IMG/VR virus record: IMGVR_UViG_3300037755_000497 | Coordinates: 44,876 to 108,875 of that record | Reading direction: 5' to 3' (one strand) | Source: a virus | Length of the DNA: 64,000 nucleotides | Shown: positions 36,652 through 46,953 of the stretch, piece by piece | How positions within the stretch are numbered: the first letter of the stretch is position 1 | Layout: each line of letters begins with the position of its first letter | Notes under the pieces: generated by a model | The model's input: only the letters and a program-made list of their open reading frames with translations | What the model was told of the DNA's origin: nothing | The model's database searches: none | Program-made: the position numbers and the translations under genes

Positions 36652-37304
36652 TTTTTATCCCTATGTTCCCCATCTTTAGCACCACGTTTTTTCCACATAT
36701 CTTCGATAGCTTTTCTCCAATTTTCTTGTAGAACTCTATCAATAGTTGGGTCTTCTTCAAAAACTTTACTAAAAACTTTTCTTGATGGAACAGTTAATGT
36801 ACTACCAGTTTTCATACTGCTTACCGATCTTTTTTTAGTCGAACTACCTTTTCCTTCTTTCTTACTAAGTGCTATTGCTATAGCTTTCTTCATTTTATCA
36901 GTTACAGTTATGTCATAGCCTTCTTCCATTAACTCAACAAGTGTTTCCATACTTATTTGGCTTTTTGCTTTACCAAATTGGCTACCAGTTGAACCAGCTT
37001 TTTTTATAATACCAACTTCAACTTCAAAAGCACTTTTCATTTTAAAATCAATAGCGTTCCAAAGATTTCTTTGGTTAAGTAAAGGTAAATCTGAATTCTT
37101 CATTGCTAAAGTTAATTCAGAATTACTGTCAAATTCACGGTTCCTAATATTGTCTTTTACTTTTTTTATTAGGAATAGGTAATTCCTAATTGTGCCTTTT
37201 CTAATGGCATTAACTAAATCACTTTGTGCAGTTCCAGGTTTAATAAACTTTTCAAAGTTCTTTATGTCACCAGTAAATGTGAAACTTGCTGGGTTACTTG
37301 CCAT
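36648..37304 (-). CDS. Neck / virion morphogenesis protein
   Basis: NSELT..K.S..PL..., EEG, VPSRKVF pattern. Confidence 0.65.
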   Translation of the reverse strand: MASNPASFTFTGDIKNFEKFIKPGTAQSDLVNAIRKGTIRNYLFLIKKVKDNIRNREFDSNSELTLAMKNSDLPLLNQRNLWNAIDFKMKSAFEVEVGIIKKAGSTGSQFGKAKSQISMETLVELMEEGYDITVTDKMKKAIAIALSKKEGKGSSTKKRSVSSMKTGSTLTVPSRKVFSKVFEEDPTIDRVLQENWRKAIEDMWKKRGAKDGEHRDKK

Positions 37305-37720
37305 TAAGCATCCCTTGGCCCAACAGGGTCACGGTCTTGGAATGGATACCTTACTAAAGTAAAACCACCAATACCTGTAAAATGTGCAGCTGGGTCACCA
37401 GTTGAATGTGAAAGGTAAAGTTCGGTGCTAAGTTGTCCTATCTTTATAATTTTATCACCACGTTTTAACTGGATACCTTTATTTACTAGGTCTTCGTACC
37501 TAACAAGTATGTAACCCTTTCTTTCTTCATCAGCACCAAGTTGTGTAAAGTTACCCCGTTGGTCACGGTCACCATGTACTACTTGTGCTGGTAAAATCAT
37601 TTCCACTTTTCTACCAATATTGTTAACAGGGTATTTCCTACCAGACACACCAGTTGGATAAGGGGTGGAATCTTTGTCAATCTGTTGTATTGTAACGTCA
37701 ATTGGTTCTATTAAGTCCAT
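37304..37720 (-). CDS. Head closure protein
   Basis: Size, position and LKRGDKI motif. Confidence 0.55.
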   Translation of the reverse strand: MDLIEPIDVTIQQIDKDSTPYPTGVSGRKYPVNNIGRKVEMILPAQVVHGDRDQRGNFTQLGADEERKGYILVRYEDLVNKGIQLKRGDKIIKIGQLSTELYLSHSTGDPAAHFTGIGGFTLVRYPFQDRDPVGPRDA

Positions 37721-38700
37721 TACCTAAACCCTTTAGAAAGTTCATCAGTTTTTCTATGCATAAAACTTCCACCCACTCTTATTGGTGTTCTGAATAAAGA
37801 TATAATCCTGTCAACTTCTTCGTTACCTGAATCAGATGAACGTACACTTTCTTTATTGCTTGATGCCTCAAAAAATTCTTGTTCGTGCAAATCAACTTTC
37901 AATCTTTTTAATGGGCCTGTACCTGATGTTGCTGAAACAGAACTTCCAACTGGTTTATTAATATCCAACATAACTAATATTAGAACCGCTTTCTGGATAA
38001 GTAATGGCGTGCTACCATCTGGTTCTAGGTATCCAAATGAACCAGTTATATGTGTCAGTGACCCTTTAACAAAAAGTCTGGAAGTAATAGAATTTGTAAA
38101 TATGCTACCCTTGGCCCTTCCAATGTTAAGCTTTATTCTAGGGTTCTTTCTGTCATCAGTAGGTGTTTGCCTTCCTTTGAAAGCTACAAAGTCGTAATCT
38201 TCACCTTCTGTTAAAATTGTAGATGTCGAATTAATTCTTAGTTCATCAATTTCAATAATCGGAACAGGTAAGTGCATAAGTGCTGTATTTCTTCCTTCAA
38301 TCGGGAAGGTTCCTTCACGCTTATTAAAAAATTGGCCAGTCTTTTCATCTATTAAATTCATAGCTGTCTTAATATACCTTTCAGCTTTTGATTTAGGTAA
38401 AGTTTCCGAATGAAGAAATTTGGCCGGGCCATTAACAATTAAGTTTTCAGAACCAGTTTTTTCAACTCGAATTCTATCAGGGCCAGATAGTATTTCAATG
38501 ATACAATCAGTTTCACCAGCTTGTGTTAGAACGTCTTTTATATTCAGTGCCCCAGTTGTAACGTATTCATAAATATCGCCACCAGCATCAACTGTTTTAT
38601 TTGATAAAGTAATATCACTTGCAGTAACTTTTGTATTAGATGCCAAATACATTTCCAAAAGCAATTGCCCGTAAGTTACATAAAGTCCAGTGTTATCCAT
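37720..38700 (-). CDS. Head-tail connector/adaptor
   Basis: AMNLIDEKTGQFF, GSFGY...P..IQKAVLILV. Confidence 0.7.
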   Translation of the reverse strand: MDNTGLYVTYGQLLLEMYLASNTKVTASDITLSNKTVDAGGDIYEYVTTGALNIKDVLTQAGETDCIIEILSGPDRIRVEKTGSENLIVNGPAKFLHSETLPKSKAERYIKTAMNLIDEKTGQFFNKREGTFPIEGRNTALMHLPVPIIEIDELRINSTSTILTEGEDYDFVAFKGRQTPTDDRKNPRIKLNIGRAKGSIFTNSITSRLFVKGSLTHITGSFGYLEPDGSTPLLIQKAVLILVMLDINKPVGSSVSATSGTGPLKRLKVDLHEQEFFEASSNKESVRSSDSGNEEVDRIISLFRTPIRVGGSFMHRKTDELSKGFR

Positions 38701-39233
38701 TATTTCACCCTTATTGATTTTGTTATTTCTTTGTTTATATTAAAACAGTCTTTTAAAGTAATGGTTTCAAAATCTTCATCAATCGGGAATTTGCCACCCA
38801 CAATTGTTAAAACCTTTCCAAGATATTCAGAGCAAACCAGCTTCTTCCAACCATTACCAAATAAATTTTTCTTTACTTTATAATTAAAGCACTTTAGCAT
38901 AAAAATTGCAAAGGCGTTCCCAACTAACTGTAGCAATGAATATTTCTTCCCTTTATTATCTGATATTACTCTTATAATAGCTTTTAATTCTTCCCTTGTT
39001 ATCGGAACCTTGAATTCAGCTACAACAAAAGAATGATTATTTATAAATTTATCAAATTCGGTTGCAACAACGCCATCTAATGTGGCCTCATTAATTATTA
39101 TTGGTCGGGTTCCATCATCTGATATACCAAAACCAGCATGGTCATATTCAGTGCCCTGGAATAGTCTTACTAGGTGGGATAGTACCTTAGTCCACTTCCT
39201 TTTTGTTACGTAATATATATGAAGGTAAACCAT
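38700..39233 (-). CDS. Permuted papain-like amidase (YiiX/YebB-type NlpC/P60)
   Basis: YDHAGF (His) precedes GKKY and LVCSEYL (Cys). Confidence 0.8.
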   Translation of the reverse strand: MVYLHIYYVTKRKWTKVLSHLVRLFQGTEYDHAGFGISDDGTRPIIINEATLDGVVATEFDKFINNHSFVVAEFKVPITREELKAIIRVISDNKGKKYSLLQLVGNAFAIFMLKCFNYKVKKNLFGNGWKKLVCSEYLGKVLTIVGGKFPIDEDFETITLKDCFNINKEITKSIRVK

Positions 39234-39235
39234 AC

Positions 39236-40306
39236 CTATCCTTTCCAGTCTGGGTCAACTAATGAGATTATGTAAAAAGATACAGTACCCCATGAACCTG
39301 TTAGTGGTACAACTTCACCATCTGAATTCGGGCTTAGGCTAAGTATTAATTGTGCATATTGTGAACTTCTTAATGGTTGAAGTGTTATATAGTTGAAAGG
39401 GAAAATTATTGTATCATCCGGTAAATTTCCCCATTGCGGTATAAAACCCTGTCCCAAATTCGCTGCATTTATAATGTCTTTTTCATTCTTATATTTTTTG
39501 CGTTTGTATAAAAACCTAAGTGGGTTAATTTCAGATATTGGATTCTTAGGGTCGAAAAAAGGATTACCGGCCCAAATTTCAAAATTTATAGGCACATTAA
39601 TCAAACAGCTTTTAGAAAAATTTAATTCAGCATGTTCTAATATTAAAATCTTGCCTGGTTTTGGTTCCAATAGAAAATTAGATGTCGTTGCGTATGAATA
39701 CGTTGCAGTTAATGAACCTTGTAAAGCATACGAATCACTAATGGTAACTTTGCCATCTTCGTAATTAATAGTGTAGTCCCTATCTTCCAATAGTTCTTGT
39801 GCGCCATCATACACATAAGGTTTATAATTATTATGAATGTCATCTTCATCTGTTATTCTACCATGTGAAGTATCAATCCATTTCTGTTTACTGGAATTAT
39901 ATAATTTCCCAGTTTCCAATTCTAATACTTCGTTTTCAACCCTAACTGAATTCATATACCAAGTACAAGCATCACACCAGTCATGTGAAATTAGTGTAGT
40001 TGATGGCATGTCTGGTTTCTCAACTGAAACCCTTTCCACCCCAGTTGAATCAGAGTATTGTGGTGATAACTTTTTATTACTTTTCTTAAAATTTGTCTCG
40101 AAATCATATTGGATACCATTTTTTGGTTCTGTTAATGGTATCTTTGTTGATAGTATGAATTCTTCATCTATTAAAAAAACTTGGTAATATTTTTTACTGG
40201 AATCTTCTGGGTCAGTTCTAATTAACCATTGAAGCCTATTACGCATTTCCTTTGCGATAATATTTTCTTTCAATTCTTTCCAAGTAACTTCAATAGCACT
40301 ATTCAT
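39236..40306 (-). CDS. Virion structural protein
   Basis: LLEDRDYTINYEDGKVTI...ATYSY Ig-like motif; lies in the head-neck cluster. Confidence 0.5.
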   Translation of the reverse strand: MNSAIEVTWKELKENIIAKEMRNRLQWLIRTDPEDSSKKYYQVFLIDEEFILSTKIPLTEPKNGIQYDFETNFKKSNKKLSPQYSDSTGVERVSVEKPDMPSTTLISHDWCDACTWYMNSVRVENEVLELETGKLYNSSKQKWIDTSHGRITDEDDIHNNYKPYVYDGAQELLEDRDYTINYEDGKVTISDSYALQGSLTATYSYATTSNFLLEPKPGKILILEHAELNFSKSCLINVPINFEIWAGNPFFDPKNPISEINPLRFLYKRKKYKNEKDIINAANLGQGFIPQWGNLPDDTIIFPFNYITLQPLRSSQYAQLILSLSPNSDGEVVPLTGSWGTVSFYIISLVDPDWKG

Positions 40307-40313
40307 TTTTTAC

Positions 40314-43300
40314 CTATGTTAACCCTAGTGAATAAACCTTCACTTGCATTCTTGCTAAATTTACAGGTATTGTGATTGCAGAACCATCCGGTGCTGCAAA
40401 CCTCATTTCAAGTAAATCATCTACTGCTACTGGTTCTATCCAATCTATTGAAACTTGTTGCCCTTGTGTTGCTGCACCTTTAGCAGAAGCTTGCGTTAAA
40501 GTGCCAGCTATTGGGTTCCCATTTTTATAAAGTTGAAACTGCCCCCTTCTGTTGTTAGCACCAGCATAAAAATAAGCACTAAATGCAATTTCAACTCTAC
40601 CTTCAAAATTTGATTGGAACTCGGTATTACTCGCTTTAGTTAAGTAGGTATTTGCGAAACTGTTTATATTATTCTGAAATAATATTGCTTGAAAAGTGGC
40701 ACCTGGAACTGTTTGGTCAGTGCTGTTTACATACTGTAAAAAACCTGTTGCTAGTCTATCTAATTTTACTTTATCAACCCCTTGCATATAACCATTAGTC
40801 GATGGCCCTGATGCAGCTGGGATAGAAAATTGTCCTGTTGTAGAATTGTAAGCTAATGGTGCTAGTATGGATAGTGCAGCACGTGCCCTAGCATCGGTGA
40901 AATAAAGATTCGTACCTTCATTAATATGAGTGGTTAAAAGGGTGATTATCCCAGTAAAACCGTTAACTGAATTTACTTCTGATGGTGATATTTCTGTATA
41001 TACTGAACCACTCCATCGGTAAGTTTTGTTTGAATCAAGTGCTACATAAATTTTACCAGTTTCACCTGTTACTGGGAAACTTGCTAGGTCAGCAAATTCT
41101 AAAACATCATCAACAAAACTTGGTAGATATATAGCATCAATTAATGAACTTGCGTTTAATGGTGCTAGTCCATTGGCCGCGCCTTTCAAAGCTGTTATGA
41201 TTGTATTTACAGCTGTTGAAAAATCAGAAATTGTTGATGCTAATTGTGTCCCAGTATGTGTTGACCTGGCCCTTAAATTCGCATCAGTGTCATTCTGTGT
41301 TGCACCTGTTTGTATTGTATCAAATTTAACCTTATCAACAGCTGACATCAGACCACCAAGAACAGCTGTAGCTACAGCAATCGGGTCAACACCATTAGGT
41401 AAATGTCTAGCAGCATGGTTACTAACATCAACACCATCTACCTGACCAACATTAGTGATATTCTGGCCGCCCATATTAAGATTGCCAGACATCGCTTTGG
41501 AACCATCCCTATTTAATAATTGTGGGTGGGCATCAGCATTACCCCTATCTAATAATTCATCATGAAATGAACTTGCGGATAAACCAGATGCACGATGCTG
41601 TGGCGTAGGTCTAGCATCATAAATCCTAAGTGCTGGGTTACCTTCTTCCACAATTATAGTGGCTATTAAAACCATAGCATCATCAAAAGAAATAGGTGGC
41701 AATGCCAAATTAGATGCTTCGGCTTCAATTAATGTATCATGTATGGCCTGACCCGTAACAACTGAATACTGTTCATTATCACCATCACCTATTAAATAAA
41801 GTGAATGCTTAACAAATTTACCAGCTGGTATTGCTACCAACGCACCACTGTTATCATCATATTGGGTGTTAGTTACCTGTGTAACTTCACTTATAACATT
41901 AAATTCCCCTAACCCATCCCTATAAAATAAGAAAAATTCCACCGCTTGGCCTCCACTTGGTGCAAACCTATTAGTTCCAAACCAATAAATACCAGGGCTA
42001 ATATCCAGTGCCCTTGCTGTGGAACCATTTTCACTAACCTGTGAACCAGTATTGTAAATTGGGCCGAACGCTTCACGGTTAAAAGCAGCTATCTTATTTC
42101 CAATATGACTTAATAATATTGGCGTGCTTTCTATAAAATGAATTTCAGTTACAAATGTAGCAACCCTACCCAATATAATATTTTCTTCTGTATCTGGAAG
42201 TGTAGATGCTTGTGATACAACACCAGATGATGTTACGTATATGTATGATACACTTAAAGGTAGTAGGACAAGTGTTGCTGATTCCCAGAAAACTTCCCTT
42301 ACAAATTTATCAACTGCATCCAAACAAAATCCGCTACCAATGCTAACACCAACATTTAGGCCGCCACCATCTGATAATACACCGCCACTATAAACACCCA
42401 TAGTTGAAGCTGCACGGCCAAGTTTTGATATATTTACCTGTTGGCTAAACTTATCAGCTTGTATTATTTCACCACGTAAGAAAACACCTATTGCACTTTC
42501 TGGGCTTGGGTCATCTATTCTTAATTTTATAGGTGCATCGTCATCAACAAATACTTTTGTACTAACATTGGCCTTGAACAACCCTGCGCCCATAGTTCCT
42601 GGATGCTCAATATCTAAATCAGCTGTTACACCATTTCTTAGCATTACTGTTGTGGTTCTTATAGTTGGTGCTGTACCAGAATTTTCAGCGAATAAATTTT
42701 TATCGAATCCTTCAATTTCAGCACCAGATTGTGAAACTAATTCTGCACCATTATTTATACGAATACCGTTACCAGAACCAACTGTACTTCTGGCCAAAAC
42801 TGTATTAGCATCAAGTCTTACCCCTGCCCCTGTTAATAATATAGCGTCTTCAAATAATGTCCCATCGTCATCAGTAAGTATTGCTGAATATATTCTAACA
42901 ATTGATTGGAACCCACCATTTGATTGTATTCTTAAAAGTTTCTTAGTTATAGAACTTGATATTAACCTTAAATTTCTGAAAACTGCTTGAATGTCTTTAG
43001 TTGTTGACTCTATTACAACTGATTCTGTGCAATTTAATACTGTTACAATATCACAAATTGAAATTAATGTACTTACATCTGTAATTCTTATCCCAGCTGC
43101 ATTTGCCCCTGTGGCCCCTCGAATAGTTACCCCTTGTAACCTAGAAGTTGATTGATTTATTTTTACAACGTCATTATCTGGGTCAGCTGGTTCTAGTATA
43201 ACTGAACCATGCCCATTTACTTTTACAGTTACATTACCCTTTATAACAAGTGGTTCACTTAATGAATAAATACCAGGGCCAATCTGTAATACATAAGGCT

Positions 43301-43574
43301 TAGTTGGCGAAGCATCTAAAATAGATGCCATTGCTGCTATAGGGTCAGAAAATTGGTCGGGGCCAGGGCTTTTCTGTACAACTACTATATCTTGTATTGC
43401 TGATGCATCGGGGCCTTGTGGGCCTTGCGGGCCTGTATCACCTAAATCTGAAAGCGCACGCCACTTTAATGAACCGTCTACATCTTTAATCATAGCACTT
43501 TCATTTGCTGCATCCTCAAAATCTTTAGGTAAGTGCCTTTCAGAGTTTACTAAATCCCGATGTATTTTTGTCAT
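40314..43574 (-). CDS. Head/neck fibre or whisker protein with collagen-like, beta-helix and C1q-like segments
   Basis: GDTGPQGPQGP; pectin-lyase-like IGPGIY..; RSTHTGTQ, LPSFVDDVLEF..FP.TGETGKIY, EGTNLYFTDAR fibre motifs. Confidence 0.75.
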   Translation of the reverse strand: MTKIHRDLVNSERHLPKDFEDAANESAMIKDVDGSLKWRALSDLGDTGPQGPQGPDASAIQDIVVVQKSPGPDQFSDPIAAMASILDASPTKPYVLQIGPGIYSLSEPLVIKGNVTVKVNGHGSVILEPADPDNDVVKINQSTSRLQGVTIRGATGANAAGIRITDVSTLISICDIVTVLNCTESVVIESTTKDIQAVFRNLRLISSSITKKLLRIQSNGGFQSIVRIYSAILTDDDGTLFEDAILLTGAGVRLDANTVLARSTVGSGNGIRINNGAELVSQSGAEIEGFDKNLFAENSGTAPTIRTTTVMLRNGVTADLDIEHPGTMGAGLFKANVSTKVFVDDDAPIKLRIDDPSPESAIGVFLRGEIIQADKFSQQVNISKLGRAASTMGVYSGGVLSDGGGLNVGVSIGSGFCLDAVDKFVREVFWESATLVLLPLSVSYIYVTSSGVVSQASTLPDTEENIILGRVATFVTEIHFIESTPILLSHIGNKIAAFNREAFGPIYNTGSQVSENGSTARALDISPGIYWFGTNRFAPSGGQAVEFFLFYRDGLGEFNVISEVTQVTNTQYDDNSGALVAIPAGKFVKHSLYLIGDGDNEQYSVVTGQAIHDTLIEAEASNLALPPISFDDAMVLIATIIVEEGNPALRIYDARPTPQHRASGLSASSFHDELLDRGNADAHPQLLNRDGSKAMSGNLNMGGQNITNVGQVDGVDVSNHAARHLPNGVDPIAVATAVLGGLMSAVDKVKFDTIQTGATQNDTDANLRARSTHTGTQLASTISDFSTAVNTIITALKGAANGLAPLNASSLIDAIYLPSFVDDVLEFADLASFPVTGETGKIYVALDSNKTYRWSGSVYTEISPSEVNSVNGFTGIITLLTTHINEGTNLYFTDARARAALSILAPLAYNSTTGQFSIPAASGPSTNGYMQGVDKVKLDRLATGFLQYVNSTDQTVPGATFQAILFQNNINSFANTYLTKASNTEFQSNFEGRVEIAFSAYFYAGANNRRGQFQLYKNGNPIAGTLTQASAKGAATQGQQVSIDWIEPVAVDDLLEMRFAAPDGSAITIPVNLARMQVKVYSLGLT

Positions 43575-43592
43575 GGTTCTTTTCCTTCAAAA

Positions 43593-43763
43593 TTAGGGGC
43601 TAGTAATAAGCTGCCCATTAGTGTCAAAAATTATTTCACCCGTTGACAAAACAACTAAGTTGTCAGTAGGTAAGTTTAATAACTCGAATGCTTCAATGGA
43701 ATTTAATGCCCTTAAATTCGCACCGTCTTCTTCATCACCCCTTCTTCCACCAAAACCTGACAT
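43593..43763 (-). CDS. Small hypothetical protein (56 aa, not in the ORF track)
   Basis: MSGFGGRRGDEEDG...GQLITSP*; GGAG/AAGG SD; fills the gap between its neighbours. Confidence 0.65.
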   Translation of the reverse strand: MSGFGGRRGDEEDGANLRALNSIEAFELLNLPTDNLVVLSTGEIIFDTNGQLITSP

Positions 43764-43766
43764 AGT

Positions 43767-44072
43767 TTACCTTCTCCAAGCCCAGACCCTAACCTTAATA
43801 GGTGGGTCACCAGCTTCCTTAGCAAAGTGTAATTTCGTCCATGCTCCATGGTCAAAAGTAATAGGTGTTTCCTTCTTAAATAAAATACCATCTAAGCTTG
43901 AACCATTAAAAGAAAAATATAGAGTTTTGTCATTGCTTTCGTTAGAAATCATTAAAGATGTTGGCGTGAATGGCAATATAATATCTGGTTTCTTATTAAA
44001 TCCTAGCGAGTCGTAATTACGACTAACATCTATTAAATTAAAATAGAAGTTCCTGTTTATTTGCCCAGACAT
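43767..44072 (-). CDS. Small beta-sandwich virion protein
   Basis: LMISNE..LYFSFNG..DGIL..E...RVWAW; paralogous to 44094-44384. Confidence 0.6.
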   Translation of the reverse strand: MSGQINRNFYFNLIDVSRNYDSLGFNKKPDIILPFTPTSLMISNESNDKTLYFSFNGSSLDGILFKKETPITFDHGAWTKLHFAKEAGDPPIKVRVWAWRR

Positions 44073-44093
44073 AATAATATTCCTTCATAACTA

Positions 44094-44384
44094 TTAATAG
44101 TACGCCCATAGCCTATAAGCTGATGCTACTGCACCTTTTACCGCTACTGAATTTAACCCCTGGTCAATATCATTTAACGTAAGTTCTTCATTGGCCAGTA
44201 CAATACCATCAACCACTTCTGAATCACTGGAACGGTTAATCATAAACTGTAAAGGATTTCCACCATCATTTTTGATCTTCAAAGTTGTTATAGCACCTTT
44301 AAGTGCAACATAATTATCTTCATAATCAGCTGTAGTGTTATCTTCTTTGAAGGCCCAACCTGGTCTAATTGTTTCTGTAGCCAT
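44094..44384 (-). CDS. Small beta-sandwich virion protein
   Basis: LKIKND..LQFMIN..DGIV..E...RLWAY. Confidence 0.6.
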   Translation of the reverse strand: MATETIRPGWAFKEDNTTADYEDNYVALKGAITTLKIKNDGGNPLQFMINRSSDSEVVDGIVLANEELTLNDIDQGLNSVAVKGAVASAYRLWAYY

Positions 44385-44385
44385 C

Positions 44386-44775
44386 TTATTTCCTTTCCTT
44401 TAAATTATCCAAGGCCCATGTCCTATTTCTAATTTTCACCAAATCCGTTCTGGAAAGAATCGGTGGTGGTGGGTTTTTGTAAGTGTAAACCATAATGGAA
44501 AGTTGAATGTTGTCAGCTTGACAAATTAACCTTTCACCTAGTTCACGTTCCACACCCTTTTTTTCCTTAGTAACAAGTTCGGCCATAAACCGCACCCTGC
44601 TAAATCCTTTTGGAAAAGGAAGTGTGTGAAATTTTTTATTGTGAAGAACTCCAATACCAGTTATCCTGTCCTGGAAGTCTTTCACGGATGACCATTCCAA
44701 CCACTGTTTCACGTCATCTTCTTTTTTCAAATCAAATTCAAGTGTGCTTCCATCCTTGAAGTTCAACTTAATCAT
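44386..44775 (-). CDS. Hypothetical protein
   Basis: AAGGA SD before ATG 44775. Confidence 0.7.
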   Translation of the reverse strand: MIKLNFKDGSTLEFDLKKEDDVKQWLEWSSVKDFQDRITGIGVLHNKKFHTLPFPKGFSRVRFMAELVTKEKKGVERELGERLICQADNIQLSIMVYTYKNPPPPILSRTDLVKIRNRTWALDNLKERK

Positions 44776-44830
44776 GGTGTTTCCTTTTGTGCTTAGGTGC
44801 CAATTAAGATTCACACTTACTTAAACCGTT

Positions 44831-45154
44831 TTATCTTCTGTTCTTTTTCTTCCCAGTTCTGCTTTCTTCCTGTGCTTTAGCTTCCTTCTCAACAGCTTTT
44901 TCTTCCAACTTTTTAGGTTCAGATTCCTTGGCCGCTTGCTTATCAGCTTGTGGTTCCATTACGGACAACACTCTTAGCTTAGGTAACATGTGCGCATGAG
45001 TTTTTTTAATATGCTCATATTCGTCTTCTGTTACCGCCAACTGTCTTCCAGGATTGACGTGTAAGGCCCCTTTACAAGAACGCTTACAGTCTTTCCCAAA
45101 TTTCTCAACACATTCAGGGGCATCACCGTAATACACAATTAAATATTTTTTCAT
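44831..45154 (-). CDS. Hypothetical protein with charged tail
   Basis: GGGGA SD before ATG 45154. Confidence 0.7.
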   Translation of the reverse strand: MKKYLIVYYGDAPECVEKFGKDCKRSCKGALHVNPGRQLAVTEDEYEHIKKTHAHMLPKLRVLSVMEPQADKQAAKESEPKKLEEKAVEKEAKAQEESRTGKKKNRR

Positions 45155-45189
45155 GTTCAGTTCCCCACTTATTTTCAAGTTTTAAAAAA

Positions 45190-45480
45190 TTACTTTTTAC
45201 TGGATTTTTTGCCAGCTTTTTTCTTGCTTGAAGACTTTAATTTTTTATCAGACTTGCTTTTCTTTTGGTCACCTTCACTTGAAGATTTTTTCTTTTTCTT
45301 AGCCGCTTCCTTTGGTTCTAATTCTGTACAACTAAATCTACCATTGTTAGCAAATTCTTGACATGCGCTACCACGTACAATTTTTGGTACATTTCTGATG
45401 AATTTTTCCCCAGCAAGTGTATAAGTTTTCCCTCTAATCAAAGTAACTTTTGCCCGTCTAATTAATTTTTCTGTTGCCAT
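45190..45480 (-). CDS. Basic protein with Lys/Ser-rich tail
   Basis: AAGGA SD; KKKKKSSS...KKSSKK tail; follows the major capsid gene. Confidence 0.7.
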   Translation of the reverse strand: MATEKLIRRAKVTLIRGKTYTLAGEKFIRNVPKIVRGSACQEFANNGRFSCTELEPKEAAKKKKKSSSEGDQKKSKSDKKLKSSSKKKAGKKSSKK

Positions 45481-45536
45481 TTGTGCTTCCTTTGTTATTG
45501 CCAAATATAGCTGTTAATAAGTTTCAATACAACAAT

Positions 45537-45559
45537 GGGGCCTATTATTGGAAGACCCC
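45537..45559 (-). terminator. Hairpin after the major capsid gene
   Basis: GGGGUCU...AGGCCCC followed by AUUGUUGUAUU. Confidence 0.5.
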
Positions 45560-45572
45560 GAAACCAGTTAAA

Positions 45573-46880
45573 TTAGTTTAATCCGATGTTGATACCAAGA
45601 ACACAAGCATCAGTTTCTTCCATTTGAACAGCAACCCTTGCGGTCATTGCAAATTCAGTTACAGAAGAATAGATATTTCTATCTTTTTCAACTTGAATAT
45701 CACGGCCAATACCTAGAATCATGTTTCTGAATTCTGTTAACCACATTTGAGATTGTGATAGGTAAGAAATCTTAACATCACTTGGTGAAGATAAAGCACC
45801 GCCACCGTTTCTTGCGATTGTCCCAGCTGCATAATCCATGTCATAGTCAACGCCTTCAACGTAAGGTGTAACTGGTGAAAGTGGGTTATCATCAATTGAT
45901 TGAAGAACAACAGTTTCGCCACCAACAACTAGGTTCTTGTGATCTAGGGCAACAGGTGTTGTACCAGTCAAAGTAACGTGTTGAGTGATAAGCGGTGTCT
46001 GTGGTAACAATGCTAAAGGAACAAGTTCAATACCAAATGGCATTAAATTCATTTCAGAAGTAGCGGCTTGGTCACCAAGTCCTGTTGCACGTGCAGCAAG
46101 ATTGTTTCTGAAAAGTTGTTCAGTTGTATCAGAGATAAAGAATTTAAGATTTCTCTTATTCTTCTTAAACTTAGATGGCATTTCAACAATCATGTCACTA
46201 AATACTTGGTGACTGATGTTTTGCCCATCATGGTCAACAACGTGAGATTGTCCAGCAAGTTTTAACCAACCATCTTGAAGCTTAAGATATGTATCAACGA
46301 TAACATCAGTAGGTGAACCACCATCAACTAAGTCACCTTCTGGAACAACAGCACCTAACTTGTCACCTTGAATGTAAAGTTCTTCAAGGTCGTTAGACAT
46401 TTGTGTTGCCATCAAACGCATAATTGTATCTTCAACTCTTTCGCCTTCCAAGTTTTCCATTACGAATTCATCAGAAAGTTCCCATGGAACCATGATTTCT
46501 TCTGGTTGCAATGTAACTTTTGAGAAGTTAGCTTTTCTTCTAACACCTGGGTCTTTAGCTTCTTTCTTAGCTACGGCAACACGTCTACCAACACCAATTT
46601 TGTCGATGTCTAGTTTGTCGTTTCTGAAACGTACAACACGTGTTTTACCTTTAAGACCAGTTACATCAATAACGAAATCAATGAACATGTCAGCTTGCGC
46701 ATCATTCAATCTACCAGCGGCCGCAATATCAGCTGTAGTTATGGCCGCCTTTTGAAGAATTTCTTCATTCGACATACCTTTTTCTAATTCTTTGTCTTCT
46801 GCTACTGCTTTTTTCAATTCAGCATTTTCAGTTTCAAGTGCCTTCAATCTTTCTTCAACAGTCAATTCCTTCTTAGCCAT
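45573..46880 (-). CDS. Major capsid protein (HK97 fold)
   Basis: N-terminal coiled coil; AGRLNDAQADMFIDFV, ENLEGE..EDTIM, DLEELYIQGD, DGWLK, MPSKFK. Confidence 0.92.
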   Translation of the reverse strand: MAKKELTVEERLKALETENAELKKAVAEDKELEKGMSNEEILQKAAITTADIAAAGRLNDAQADMFIDFVIDVTGLKGKTRVVRFRNDKLDIDKIGVGRRVAVAKKEAKDPGVRRKANFSKVTLQPEEIMVPWELSDEFVMENLEGERVEDTIMRLMATQMSNDLEELYIQGDKLGAVVPEGDLVDGGSPTDVIVDTYLKLQDGWLKLAGQSHVVDHDGQNISHQVFSDMIVEMPSKFKKNKRNLKFFISDTTEQLFRNNLAARATGLGDQAATSEMNLMPFGIELVPLALLPQTPLITQHVTLTGTTPVALDHKNLVVGGETVVLQSIDDNPLSPVTPYVEGVDYDMDYAAGTIARNGGGALSSPSDVKISYLSQSQMWLTEFRNMILGIGRDIQVEKDRNIYSSVTEFAMTARVAVQMEETDACVLGINIGLN

Positions 46881-46913
46881 TTTTTCCTTCCTTTGTGTTT
46901 TTCCGTAAGTTTA

Positions 46914-46930
46914 GTTATACAATGTTATAC
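46914..46930. promoter_or_regulatory. GTTATAC-N3-GTTATAC site upstream of the major capsid gene
   Basis: GTTATAC at 46914 and 46924. Confidence 0.7.
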
Positions 46931-46953
46931 ATTAATATTAAAAAGTTAAAGGT

